From the NCBI RefSeq assembly GCF_000143415.4, contig NW_003314261.1, positions 5,668,360 through 5,732,359 of the forward strand: a stretch of DNA of 64,000 bases. Direction: 5' to 3'. The DNA is from Selaginella moellendorffii. Taxonomy: Eukaryota > Plantae > Lycopodiophyta. A model generated the notes under the pieces. That model was not told where the DNA came from, did no database searches, and saw only the letters and a list, made by a program, of their open reading frames with translations. Positions 34,789-48,597 of the stretch are shown here, in pieces; the stretch's first letter is position 1; every line of letters begins with the position of its first letter. The position numbers were made by a program, and so were the translations under genes.

Positions 34789-36843
34789 TGTGATAACTGG
34801 AACTTAGTGCCAGAGGTGGCACGATATCGAAGAGAGGATGATGGTGTCCCCAAGTAAAGAACTTCCTAGGATTGGGAAGTGGAGTTGCACCATGTGCAAT
34901 GAAAGGTGTCGGAGACACCTAGGAAATTGACTTTGAGAGTCAAAATTAAAAGTTCCAAAGTGCAATGTTTATGTCGATGGAATCTGAGATTACTCAAGGA
35001 TGAGTAGTGGAATTGAGTTAGAGAAGGTATCTCTAACGGGTTTAGCGAGAACTAAACCAATAAAAGGGAGCAAACCACCCCAGGTGGCCGAATGAGTCTC
35101 TATGTTGGAGAGACTATGCTCCTTAGAGGATGGACAAGGTATGGGGAGCCTTTGGTGTCAAACTATAAATGAATATTGGCTGGGTGCCAATGATGGAAAG
35201 GGTAATACATGTTGGTGTTATTTTATAAAAAATGGTTTACTATTTGATGAGGACATCAACTTTGTCTATGGGTGGTGGAGTTGTGAAACACAAAATCCCT
35301 AGGCCCCAAAGTGGAGCCGAAAGGGTGCCACGTGGTAGTGGCCGAAGTGAAAGCCAAACGAGTGTAACACGATTGGATTGAAAGCTCCGACTTGAAAGGT
35401 TGAGAGCGGGAGTGGAACTCCCAACAAAGTGCTCGAGGAACAAGCACAAAGCGAGCAATAAGCAAGGCTCCAAAAAGGGACCCAAGTTGAAGTCTGAGGT
35501 GGAGTCCGAGATGGAGTCCAAGATGGAGTCCGAGATGGACCGAGATGGAGTCCGAGATGGAGTCCGAGATGGACCAAGACAGAGTCCGAGATGGAGTCCG
35601 AGAGGGATTTGAGATGGAGTCCAAGATGGAGTCCGAGATGGACCCGAGATGGAGTTCGAGATGGAGTCCGAGATGGACCGAGACGGAGTTCGAGATGGAG
35701 TCTGAGATGGACCCGAGATGGAATCCGAGATGGAGTCCGAGGTCGAGACTGAGACCGGGACCGAGACCGTGACTGAGACCGAGACCAAGACCTAGATCAG
35801 GACCGAGTCCGAGTCTGAGTCCGAGTCCGAGTCCGAGTTCGAGTCTGAGAGGGTGAAAGCCCAAAGCGTTCATCTCCCAGACCCTGGGGGGTTTGGTGAG
35901 CTCCAAAAGTATAGTAAGGGGGAGGACTGCAGTGGAGCCAGTTTGGCTAAGAAAGGCTAGTTTGGCCCAGGAAGGTTGTACCCAGTGTTGGGTGATGAGC
36001 TGCCCACTAGAAATTCCAAGACTAGAGTGAACATGGACCGACAAGCGGGGTAGCTTGGTGAAGTGTTCAAGAGCTGGCTCTAGTTCCCCCGGGAGATCGA
36101 CTGGCCGATGCTCCTAGTCCAAGTGTGGGTGGCACTACCTACTTGGATACTTGGCGTGGCTCAATGAAACCTCGCTCTAAGCCTATGGCTAGAGCACCCA
36201 AAGGTGGAAGGCGGGGAGAGTACCCACGAGGCTCGCGTAAGGCCGCGGTGTTCCGAAATGTTGCCCAAAGTCCCAAACTGTGAAAAGGAGGAGGAACCAT
36301 CCTCTAGTATAGAGACCAAGGATACAATCATGTGAGGAGTTAATCCCAGAGGACCGAGGGACTTAGTGGTCGGGCTTGTGAGCCTTGATCCAGTGGTAGT
36401 GTTGGTGAACACGGCCATGGACAAAAAGGGACTTGGTGGGGATTGGAAAAGGGATATTAGGGAAGGCTAATCCCCATATCTGTGGGCATCCTAAGGATGC
36501 TAAGGAGTGGATTGGGGATGATCATTCATGGATGGATGGCCCAATCTTTGGGAGATGGGACTGTGATGCAGGTGGTGTTAGACCACCAGTGTGACCAAGG
36601 TGAAGAGGTATGGCTTTAGCAAAATAGGCTAATACATTGATAGTACCTTGGGGTGTTAGTCATGGGATTGGATACATAGAGCACTTGGACTAAGTGCAAA
36701 GGTTGAGTGGCGGGGATGCCATTCTCGGGGCTAGCAAGCCCAAGTCCAAAATAGGACTTATGGAGGTTGTGAGTGAGATTTCTCCAAGTGGTCGGAGGTG
36801 TGGTTAAGTGACTAAAATAGAATGGAAAAATTAATCACTTACA
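34789..36843 (+). mobile_element. 3' end and 3' LTR (35282-36843) of a LARD-like family copy
   Basis: Homologous to ~44150-46307; PPT TGGGTGGTGGAGT precedes TGTGAAACAC. Confidence 0.85.
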
Positions 36844-38479
36844 CAAGTATAAGGAGAATCATCAATGATCAATATATTCTAATTCAAATCCAATAAGGAT
36901 TCAAATATTCCAATATTAATCATTAACTCTTTCTCTCATAGAGTTAGTATAGTTCACAACTGAATCATTTTTTAAAGAAAAGCCAAAGCTCAACCCTCTA
37001 CTAAATAATCTCATCTAGAACACAACTAACTCAAACTTGCCACTCAATTTGTTTGAACATCAACACAATTGCTAACTAGTAAATGCATGAATGCCAATAA
37101 CACAAAACCATAGCCAAATCATTAACACTATCTTCATCGAGACTAATGAAACTCGATATCAATCTTTCAGAAAGACATCTCATTTCACTCGAATCTCAAC
37201 ATCAACAATGTCAATGACAAGGCATCACTTCAATGCCATCAACACTATAACAAAGTTAGAAGATAGCAAGAGTGAATCACCACCCAAAACTTTCTAATAA
37301 CCAAGCTAACCAAAGTCAAAGATACTTTAGTCAGTATCCGACACTAATCCTTCAGCAATACTCAGTTTCAGATAACACATCATCAAGGAGTGATTCACCA
37401 CATCCACGACTCAATGCAATCCAACACTACGGACTAAATGTAACCAAATGATATTGACAAAGGTAAAGTTAATATACTAATACGGAAAATTTATGTAAGT
37501 CTAACAACACGATCCTCCGCAACACCATCCGGTAAAGCAAGTTTATCATTGTTAAATCATCATCGAGTGAAGTAAGTGTCAAATAGTCTTTAACATAGTC
37601 TACAAGCAATCACTAGTCGTAAAGCAACCAACAATCACTCCTCAACTTGCCTTCACAAGACCCAAACACTAAACTCATGCTATCAAGTTATATATTTGTC
37701 CAATAGTAATGTAATACCTTAGGTATGAGATAAAAGTTCATGGACAAGCACAAACTAAATGACCACTCGAATCCAACTCAACTGCAATAAGCTCACTAAT
37801 GCATTTAGCCATTAGCTCTAAGCATGCCTTGAAGAGGCTAGCTATGCGATCAACATTTAGTCAAAACTAAAGTGAAGACCATAAGATGGACTCATATCGG
37901 TACACAACCTCCTCATAGACAAAACTATAGTATAGATAAAAGTCAACTCTAACCCCCTTCACTAGTTTGTATTGGCTTTTGAAATGGAATGGTTTTCGGG
38001 CAAAGTGATCAACAGATAAGCCATTGGAAAAGTCTAAGAAAATTTGTAGAAAATTTTCCATCCTAGAGAAAGAATGACTCTCAGTCCAGGAATGCAAACT
38101 TTCAAAACTCAACCAACTTCCTCTTACCAACAACTTCACAAAAGTTCACCTTAACATCAATTCTCATGACCCAATAGTATGCTTAAGCATTGAACATCTT
38201 TGCCCATCTAACCGATATCCAACACTGACATCCGCAAAGTGCAAAATGAACATCCAAGGCTTGATCACGAAGACCACATCTTTGGATATCCACATTGCAC
38301 TAACACTTTTCTTCAACCACCTTCAAGATCCAATATGAAGCCAAAACATTAACAAGAAAAATGATATGGAAAATCAAGGTTTAAGGAGAATTCCTCATCA
38401 CTCGAATCAACAATGCCACTTCCACTAACACAAGTGCTAGTGATGTCAATGCCTCAATTACACACCTTCTCCATCCAAC

Positions 38480-41400
38480 TGTGAGACACAAAATCCCTAG
38501 GCCCCAAAGTGGAGCCGGAAGGGTGCCACGTGGTAGTGGCCGAAGTGAAAGCCAAACAAGCGTAACACGTTTGGACTAAAAGCTCCAACTTGATAGGTCG
38601 AGAGTGGGAGTGGAACTCCCAACAAAGTGCTCGAGGAATGAGCACGAAGCGAGCAATAAGCGAGGCTCTAAAACGGGACCCAAAAAAGGGACTAACACAT
38701 GACATGTGGAAGTGTTCGAAATGGACCCGAGATAGAATCCGAGATGGACCCGAGGTGGAGTCCGAGATGGATCCGAGATGGAGTCCGAGATGGACCTGAG
38801 ATGGAGTCCGAGATGGACCCGAGATGGAGTCCGAGTTGGACCCGAGATGGAGTTCGAGATGGACCCGAAATGGAGTCCGAGATGGAGTCCGAGATGGACC
38901 CGAGATGGAGTCCAAGATGGACCCGAGATGGACCCGAGATGGACCCGAGATGGACCCGAGATGGACCCGAGATGGAGTCCGAGATGGAGTCCGAGATGGA
39001 CCCGAGATGGACCGAGACGGAGTCCGAGATGGACCAAGACGGAGTCCGAGATGGAGTCCGAGAAGGACCCGAGATGGAGTCCGAGGTCGAGACTGAGACC
39101 GGGGCCGAGACCAAGACCGAGACCGAGACCGGGACCGGGACCGAGACCGAGACCGAGACCGGGACCGAGACCAAGACCGAGCCCGAATCCGAGTCTGAGT
39201 CTGAGTCCGAGTCCGAGTCCGAGTCCGAGTCTGAGTCCGAGTCCGAGTTTGAGTCTGAGAGGGTGAAAGCCCAAAGCGTTTGTCTCCCAAACCCTGGGGG
39301 GTTTGGTGAGCTCCAAAAGTATAGTAAAGGGGAGGACTGCAGTGGAGCCAGTTTGGCCAGGAAAGGCCAGTTTGGCCCAAGAAGGCCAGACCCAGTATTG
39401 GGTGATGAACTAACCACTGGGAAGTCCAAGACTAGAGTGAATATGAATCGACAAGCAGGGTAGCTTAGTGAAGTGTTCAAGAGCCGGCTCTAGTTTCCCC
39501 AGGGAGATCGACTAGCCGATGCTCTCAGTCCAAGTGTGGGTGGCACTACCTACTTGGATATCTGGTGTGGCTCAACGGAACCTCACTCTAAGCCTATGGC
39601 TAGAGCATCTAAAGGTGGAAGGTGGGAAGAGTACCCACGGGGCTCGCGTAGGGCCACGGTGTTCCGAAATGTTGTCCCGAAGTCCCAAATGGGTGTAAGG
39701 AGGAGGAGCAGTCCTCTAGTGTAGTGATTACAGATACGGTCACATGGTGAGGAAGTCCCAGAGGATAATGGGACTTAGTGGCCAGGCCTGCGGGCCTTGA
39801 TCTAGTGGCAATGTTGGTGAACATGGCCATGGACAGAAAAGGGACTTGGCAGGAACTGACAAAGGGATGTTGGGGAAGGCTATTCCCCATGTTTGTGGGC
39901 ATCCTAAAGATGCTAAAGAGTGGATCTGGGATGACCACTCATGGACGGACGGCCCAGTCTTGGAGAGACGGGATTGTGATGCAAGTGGTATTGGACCACC
40001 AGTGCGGCAAAGGTGAATGGGTATAGCCTTAGCGTAACGAGCTGATATGTCAGTGGTACTTTTGGGTGTCGGTCTTGGGACTGGACACGTGGAGCACTTG
40101 GACCAAGTGCAAGGGATGAGTGGCATGGATGCCATTCTCGGGACTAGCAAGTCCTAAGTCCTGAATTGGACTTAAGGAGATTGTGAATGAGACTCCTCCA
40201 AGTGATCAGAGGTGTGGTTAAGTGACTAAAGTAGAATGGAAAATTTAGTCGCTTACAACTTGGTATCGGAGCTGTTCCTTAGTCCGACTTTTATTGGTGC
40301 TCAAGTATATCACCATTAACGTTGGCATCGGAAAGTCCTAGGAGTGGGCCTATCCTTGAAGAGTAGTGTGTCGAGAGGACATGGCTCTCCACTCAAGTTC
40401 ATGCGTGAACTTGGGCACAATGTGGTGGATAGAAAAGGGCCAATAAGGGAACAACTTTGGGATCTTAGGAACAGTATAAGGGTTTCCTCAGAGAGTTGAG
40501 GATGTGATTCAGATGAGCATTTGACTTAGGAAACTGGTTGATGTGGTTGTGGTAAACAACTACAGTTGGGATCATGGGAAAGATGTAGACTCCAAAATAA
40601 TAAAGGAGTCACAAGATTACGCTTATATAGTTGAGGCTGGTACTCATAAATTTGAGACCGGAATTTGTGACCGTGGCCTCAAAGGAGTCCTCCCCAACAT
40701 GGAGGGCTGCGCGGGTATCACTCTTGAGGAGATGCGCGCCGCGGAGGGGATCAACACACAAGACACTCAAGAGGCCCGAGGTGGATCCTCCGCCACCGTC
40801 TCACAGCTGCTCTCGGGTGACATAACCAACGATCTCAAACATGTGGTCTTAAGTTGTAACGAACTATGGAGTCCGCACACTCCATGGTCCTAGTCGTTGG
40901 TTTCTACAAGGGAAGCTTTGTCTCCGTCTCTGTCTCGTCCAAATTGAAGTAGTTCGTCATGTCACTTCCTCCGAGTCTTATGTTTATGCTCCTCCTTGTC
41001 GTCTGGGAGGTCAAATACAGAAGAGGGCACCAGTCCTTGAAATGGTAGCCGGGGCTACCTCTAATAAATGCTGGAACAACCCAAGGAGTTGGGGGTGTAC
41101 TTAAAGATGAGTTGCTATTCTCATCACATGGACAAGTAGTCCTAAGGGGCAAAGGTTAGCCCCAAGAAAATCATCAAGTGTCAGAGTAACACTTGCAAAG
41201 ATTGTCCTTGTGAGTAGGACAGGAATACAAGAAGTTGTATTCCAGCGAGTTGGCACCTCGAAGACTAAGATCTCGTAAGGTTTTGGATTAGTAAAGTCCA
41301 AAATGCTAGATGACTCAAGTGGAGTCAGGGAATGGTCCTAAAGGATTGGTTGAAGCATTTGGACTGAGGTGTATGGTGCCCCATGAGGTATGGGGAGGAT

Positions 41401-44400
41401 CATAAGATCCAAGTATGAGAACAGTAGATATCTCATTAATGGCAGAATGTCCCATACTAAAGTTGTGGGAAAAATGTTCCCAAAAGGAAGCAACTTTGGC
41501 CCAGAGTTGGGTGCAAACACTATGGTGCGGTGTTAATGGATAGTTAGCATAAGGAACAACTATATTGGTCTTGGCAAAGACCTAGACATTAATAAGTAGT
41601 GTCATAAGGATAGACTCATGGGGCCAATGGTGTAGAGACACCAAATGTGCCAAGATGTGATACCTTGAGGTTATGTTGGTGGGTTCATAAGAACCCCTTG
41701 CCAAGGGAATCCCATCAGAAATGGGAATGGCATAGCCTGAGCTGGAAGGCATGTGGTAAAGTGTGGTGACCAAAACAATGATGGAGGTGTGGAAGCATCA
41801 ACAATGGATTATAGGATTTGACAACTATGAGGCAACTAAGCAAAAGGTGGAAAATAATTGGTTAAACTGGTAGAAGGTAGTTACCCAAGACTTTTTAATG
41901 GTAGAAGGAAGTTAGATATACCCTTATAGGGGATAAATTGCTTATGTTGCGATATAGTAAGTCAATATCGTAAAAAGGGAATGTTCATTGTCAAAGAGGC
42001 CATCATTTTGGGACATCAAAACACTCTAGAACACTAGGAGGTGGTATTTGAATAAATAAGGCCCAAGGGACTAAGTCCCTAGCGAAGGATGGATAGAATG
42101 TGCTATCCAAATGTCCAAGGTTGCGGAGATAGGAGAAGACTGTCTACCCAAATTGGACAAAGCCAAAAATGGAATTTTGGCAAGGCTAGTGATGTGCATG
42201 TAAGGGCCCATAACCAACAACGTTAATCCCGGTGTGTGGGATTATAAAGTGAGCATAACTGGATTGAAGAACCACTCCCTAGGCTATCGGGTCGGTTCAT
42301 CCCTAAGAATACTTGCTAAAGCATGATAGAAAGTGCAAAGCTATCCTCCTAGTCTAGAGGAGAATGACTGAAGGAAAGGTGTGAAGCCAAAAGCAAGTAG
42401 TAAGGGGATAGAACCAAACCATAGGAATCGAAGGGCATAACCAAGGGTGGTTATGCCAATTGGGAGTGAAGAATCAAATGGGGGCTCGAGGGTGTTGTTG
42501 CTAGCAACCTTGATGTCATGGAGAGTCTAAAATATGGAATTATCCATGTTAGACTATATGGCAACTAGAAAGCTTGCGAAAAGGGAGGCCTTAGCAAGCT
42601 AAAGGACAGAGTTCCTTCAAAGTTCCCAAAGACGATTCTAGGTAGCTTAGTACCTAGAAAGCCGAATGTAAATGGTTTCTAGAGCGCACGAAATTAGAGT
42701 GGTGCAGTAGAAGCATGGTCTTGAAGCTGGCCATGAGGCGAGGCTATCAAGATTGGGGAAGTGGTTCCCAAGTGTTCAAAGAGAGGGCTTTGAATGAAAG
42801 TCGATGGTTAAGGACTTTCACGTTTATGCATGAACCATGTTACGGTGGCTGGATAACTTGCTAAGTGAGATTGGCAAGTCAGGGGGACAAATCCCCTAGT
42901 TGAAGGTGCTAACTTCAAAAGGGGTGGCCCATGGGGCCGAGCATAGAGGAGTCCATGCATGATCACAGACTTGTCAAGTGAAAGGACTTGGCAGTGCGGA
43001 GGAACTAGGTTCCTAAGCTGTGATCTATAGTGCGCTTTAAGTATAAGTTGGTGCACCAGCGTGGGGAGTCACGCCAGACATCTAAGGTGATGCCGTCCGT
43101 AGATGCATATACGAAGGTTGGGTTCGAGTCCCAACCCTTTAGTGCTTGGGTTCGAGTCCCAAATCACTAGGGCGTGGTGATGGTTTGGAATATGAGGACA
43201 CTCATATTTTGGTGGTCATGGACTCTCAGTGAGGAGACTGGTTTGGGCACACTGCCAAGCAAGGGATGCCTCATAGTCGTGATGCACAGTTAGATTACTT
43301 AGAGTGAAAGCTCGGCATATCTAACTTGAACACTTTGGTGCAAAGGGCACCAAGGACGTGGTGAATGAGATGGGGACACTCAGTCTCAATTGCTATGGAT
43401 CCTTGGCTAGAAGGGCTAGTTTGGGTGCACTGCCAAGTGTGGGGGATGCCCCCGAGGTCATAGTCAACAACTTAGAAGGGTTTGGAAGACCTAGTTCCTA
43501 TTAGTAGACCTATTAAGGGGTCAAGATGAGATCACTAGGTGATCTTGTGGCTAAAAAAGGACAAAGTCTTTGTTTAGGTTAAGGAATATGATTCCTAGTT
43601 CAAAGTGTTGATTTGAACTATTGATAATGGTGTGGCTTGGTCAAAGTGACCAAGTGGGAAAAACACCTAAGGGAAATGAGCTATATCAAATGTTGCGGCA
43701 TAGTAAGTCCGAAGAAAGTAGTTGCTATAAGAGATCCAAGGGAGGGTCTCAAAAGCTGGGCTGTGGATAGAGCCCACAGTAGAAAATGTTAAAGAGACGT
43801 ACTAAGGGTGAACACCCTCTGGACTTGGCAAAGCAAAGTGTTTGCTATGGAACTGAAAGGAAACCTCGAAAATGGAGGTAGCGATCCTATATTGTTGGGT
43901 GCAACAATCAAGGATAGGAGCAAAAGACTAGTGGCTAAGAAAAGAGCCATGGGAATCATGGGAAGGAATCCAAATGGCAACGTTAGGCCGAAAACACTAA
44001 TGTGTTAGGTACTAACGGATTGTGGGAAAGGCAATGTTTCCCCAAGGGGGGATTCCCAACCACTCCGATTTGGTGAAAGTGGACGCTCCAAAGGGGGGAG
44101 CGGTAAGGTAGCTAAACAATAGGGCTGTGGGTAGCCCTAGCACCAATTATGATAACTGGAACTTAGTGCCAAAGGTGGCATGATATCGGAGAGAAGATGA
44201 TGGTACCCTCAACTAAAGAGCTTCCTAGGATGGGAAGTGAAGTTGCACAATATGTGCAGTGAAAGGTGTCAAAGACACCAAAGAAATTGACTTCAAGAAG
44301 TCAAAATTAAAAGTTCCAAGGTGAATTGGTTATGTCAATAGAAGTTGGGACTACTCGAGAATGAGTAGTGGAATTGAGTTAGAGAAGGTGTCTCTAACGG

Positions 44401-46307
44401 GTTTAGCGAGAACTAAACCAATAAAAGGGAGCAAACCACCCCAGGTGGCTGAATGAGTCTCTATATTGGAGAGACTATACCCCTTAGAGGATGGACAAGG
44501 TATGGTGATCCTTCGGGGTCAAACCATAGACAAATATTAGCTGGGTGCTAAGGGCAGAAATGGTAATACCTGCGGGTGTTACTTTGTGAAAGTGTTTACC
44601 ATTCGATGAGGACATCGAACTTCGTCTATGGGTGGTGGAGTTGTGAGACACAAAATCCCTAGGCCCCAAAGTGGAGCCGGAAGGGTGCCATGTGGTAGTG
44701 GCCGAAGCAAAAGCCAAACGAGCATAACACGTTTGGACTAAAAGCTCTGACTTGATAGGTCAAGAGTGGGAGTGGAACTCCCAACAAAGTGCTCGAGGAA
44801 TGAGCACGAAGCGAGCAATAAGCGAGGCTCTAAAACGGGACCCAAAAAAGGGACTAACACATGACACGTGGAAGTGTTCGAGATGGACCCGAGGTGGAGT
44901 CTGAGATGGAGTCCGAGATGGATCCGAGATGGAGTCCGAGATGGACCTGAGATGGAGTCCGAGATGGACCCGAGATGGAGTCCGAGTTGGACCCGAGATG
45001 GAGTCTGAGATGGAGTCCGAGATGGAGCCCGAGATGGACTGAGACGGAGTCTGAGATGGACCCGAGATGGAGTCCAAGATGGACCGAGATGGAGTCCAAG
45101 ATGGACTTGAGACGGAGTCCGAGATGGAGTCCGAGGTTGAAACCGAGACCATGACCGAGACCGAGACCGAGACCGGGACCAGGACCGGGACCGAGACCGA
45201 GACCAAGACCAAGACCAGGACCGGGACCGAGACCGAGACCAAGGCCGAGACCGAGCCCGAGCCCAAGTTCGAGTCCGAGTCCGAGTCCGAGTCCAAGTTT
45301 GAGTTTGAAAGGGTGAAAGCCCAAAGCGTTTGTCTCCGAAACCCTGGGGGGTTTGGTGAGCTCCAAAAGTATAGTAAGGGGGAGGACTGCAGTGGAGCCA
45401 GTTTGGCAAGGAAAGGCCAATTTGGCCCAAAAAGGCCAAACCCAGTGTTGGGTGATGAACTAACCACTGGGAAGTCCAAGACTAGAGTGAATACGGACCG
45501 ACAAGCGGGGTAGCTTGGTGAAATGTTCAAGAGCCGACTCTAGTTTCCCCCGGGAGATCGACTGGCCAATGCTCCCAGTCCAAGTGTGGGTGGCACTACC
45601 TACTTGGATACCTAGTGTGGCTCAATGGAACCTCACTCTAAGCCTATGGCTAGAGCACCTAAAGGTAGAAGGTGGGAAGAGTACCCACAGGGCTCACGTA
45701 GGGCCACGGTGTTCCGAAATGTTGTCCCGAAGTCCCAAATGGGTGTAAGGAGGAGGAGCAGTCCTCTAGTGTAGTGATTACAGATACGGTCACATGGTGA
45801 GGAAGTCCCAGAGGACAATGGGACTTAGTGGCCGGGCCTGCGGGCCTTGATCTAGTGGCAATGTTGGTGAACATGGCCATGGACGGAAAAGGGACTTGGC
45901 AGGAACTGACAAAGGGATGTTGGGGAAACCTATTCCTCATGTCTATGGGCAGCCTAAAGATGCTAAAGAGTGGATCTGGGATGACCACTTGTGGACAGAC
46001 GGCCCAGTCTTGGAGAGATGGGATTGTGATGCAAGTGGTATTGGACCATCAGTGCGGCAAAGGTGAATGGGCATGGCCTTAGCGTAACGGGCTGATATGT
46101 TAGTGGTACCTTTGGGTGTCGGTCTTGGGACTGGACACGTAGAGCGCTTGGACCAAGTGCAAGGGATGAGTGGCATGGATGCCATTCTCGGGACTAGCAA
46201 GTCCCAAGTCCTGAATTGGACTTAAGGAGGTTATGAATGAGACTCTTCCAAGTGGTCAAAGGTGTGGTTAAGTGACTAAAGTAGAATGGAAAATTTAGTC
46301 GCTTACA
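38480..46307 (+). mobile_element. Complete non-autonomous LTR retroelement (LARD-like), ~7.8 kb
   Basis: LTRs 38480-40257 and 44642-46307, PBS TGGTATCGGAGC at 40261-40272, PPT before 44642, perfect TSD CCAAC; no long internal ORF. Confidence 0.92.
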
Positions 46308-46472
46308 CCAACAATCTACTCCAAGTGCTAACAAATAAACTGACAAGCTATAGCAAATGAATGCTACAACCTTTTTCCAACACCTTAATGGGCAAACTCA
46401 AGGGAACAAAGTACCAACTTAAGCTTATCATAATGGACCACCATTGAGAATTCAGTCAAAGCTACTACAATG

Positions 46473-47702
46473 TGTAAGGAAGTGTCGCGAATGTGACTTC
46501 AGGTATCGACAGGTCCTTCGGATATTCTTGAAGTCACATTCGCGACAGGAACCGACTCCCCAAGATGTCGTAGGCTAAAGGATCCCCAAAAAGCTTGACC
46601 GAAATGACAAAGAGTTCATCGGATGGGACCAAGTCGAGGATCGAGTCCAAGACCGACTCTAGGACCGAGTTCGAGATAGAGTCCGGAATCGAGTTCGAGA
46701 CCGACTCGGGGACCGAGTTCGAGTCCGAGTTCGAGAACGAGTTCGAGACGGAGTCCGAGATCCGAAATCGGGTCCGAGACCGAGTCCAAGGTCGAGTCCG
46801 AGGTCGGGTCCGAGATCGGGTCCGAGATCGGGTCCAAGATCGAGTCCGAGACCGAATCCGAAGTCGGATCCGAAATCGGGTCCGAGATCGAGCTAGAGAC
46901 TAAGTCCAAATACTAATACGGGTCAAGGGGTGAAAGCCCAAAGCGTGCGTCTCCCAGGGCGGGGGGGCTGCAGGGGGTTCCAAAAGTATAGTAGGGATAG
47001 TGAGGTCCAGGAACCAGTCTTGAAGGAACTGTCCAGTGGTGCTTCCAAACTGACTTGAGGTTGAGATTGGGGCCGAGGGGCCTTGGGTGGGAGTGAGCAT
47101 GGGCTTGAGTGGTGCCGGAGGGGCCACCCAGGGAAATGCTCAAGAGCAGCTCCCACTCCCGAAAGGGAAACCGACTGCAGTGCTCCCAGCTCAGGTGGAG
47201 TGGTGCCCCACTTGAGTACCTTGTGGCTCATTGGTCCTCGCCCTTCCTAGGGGCTTGGGCCTTCCCTTCGGGATGGAAGTGGGGGGGTAGAGGTACCCAT
47301 ACCGGGCCGTTAGGCCACGGTGTTTCGCCCTGACGTCCCGAAGCAAGTGCTGCACCTAAGGCTTGGGATTTAGAGGGTCCCATGATCAAATCTTGTGGTA
47401 CCAAGGGGTGTTAGGAATCTGGAGGCTTGGTGTGCTTGGCTGCTTGTGCCTGCGGGGAGTGTAACCGAACCTTAAGTCCAGTCTAACCCGGGGAGGGGGA
47501 TTGGGAGAGATTTGGGAATCCGTAGATGGATGGCTAACACTCCGTTACTCGTGCAGTGAGTAGCTGAAACCAAGTAGGACCAAGTAGGAGCTGGTACCAT
47601 AGGTGAGAACCTTGGCGAGGGAACTTAGCACAAGCCAAGGCAGAGCTGGTCGGATAGACGAGGTAAGCTGGCAAATTGGAAAGGAAAAATTTGTGGCTTA
47701 CA
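46473..47702 (+). mobile_element. Solo LTR with hexamer-type repeats
   Basis: TGTAAG...CTTACA ends with perfect TSD CAATG. Confidence 0.88.
46483..46547. mobile_element. 65-bp mini-insertion made of two inverted copies of one Gypsy LTR end
   Basis: TGTCGCGAATGTGACTTCA...TGAAGTCACATTCGCGACA; flanks GGAAG/GGAAC. Confidence 0.75.
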
Positions 47703-48597
47703 CAATGCTACTTCATGCAAGTAGACTAGCTTCACTATCAACCACTTTGGGGTTGATCATCATTTAACCAAACAACTTTGTAAACACATTACTCACTATC
47801 ACATGGATATGAAATAGAAATCACAATGACTTGATCATCAATTGAGCAACACCACGAGTAATGCCCATGTCACTACTACAAAGGTTTATGTGACTATCAA
47901 GTGCTAACTCAATTAGACAAAATGCAATATAAATGCGACACTCTACCGATAGAGACTTACAACACCCAACACCACTAACTTTTGTTCACAATATGGATAA
48001 GCTCATGCCACTCTCCAAGGACAAAGGATCAAACACGTAAATTATTTTCTCTTCTTGAGATATGATTTGCAACGAAGTGTGACTCATTGCTTGTGTTCAC
48101 ATTATGCAATCAAGAGTCGCTACATTGATGCATATTGGAAATGATGGTCTTACAAATGGTAAGTTGTGGGATGGATAGCGGTGAAGCGCTATACCATTTT
48201 GTCTAAGCTTGCTATTGGAAGACTTGAGTTACAATGCTCAATTCTTTTCCGGGGAACCTTGCTATTGCTCCTTGAGTAGCTTGGTGTTGGATTAATTTTG
48301 AGTTTGGTTGGAAAACTCAAAGTGTAACCTTGAGTTGCTAATGTGCCTCACACACGAGCCCAAGCGTAAACTCATGCTAATATGGAACAACTCAATCCCT
48401 CTTATGAGCCCAAGAGCAAGCTCACATTATTACGGTACAAAAAGGTAACTAAGTCTATTACCAAGGAACAAATGCGAAGTCTTAGTACCCAAATGTGTAC
48501 CCACTCGAATCATCATTTTCATCTTTGCGTATGCAATGAGACTAATTGTCCAATCTCATTGGATAGTACTCGCTGAGACTCTTCCTTTGATACCAAA

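Larger units (their letters stand above)
36844..48597 (-). mobile_element. Heavily decayed internal region of an LTR element hosting later insertions
   Basis: PBS TGGTATCAAAG on minus at 48585-48595 next to LTR 48598-49752. G-poor segments 36844-38479, 46308-46472 and 47703-48597 rejoin across TSDs. Confidence 0.55.

Noticed and set aside
40666-41130. Possible nested solo LTR inside the LARD
   Set aside because: GC-richer block starting with TG, but no convincing CA end with a TSD.
35240-47231. Many long ORFs with SD, RS, GL or ES repeats
   Set aside because: They arise in several frames from hexamer-based repeats inside LTRs and are not credible proteins.
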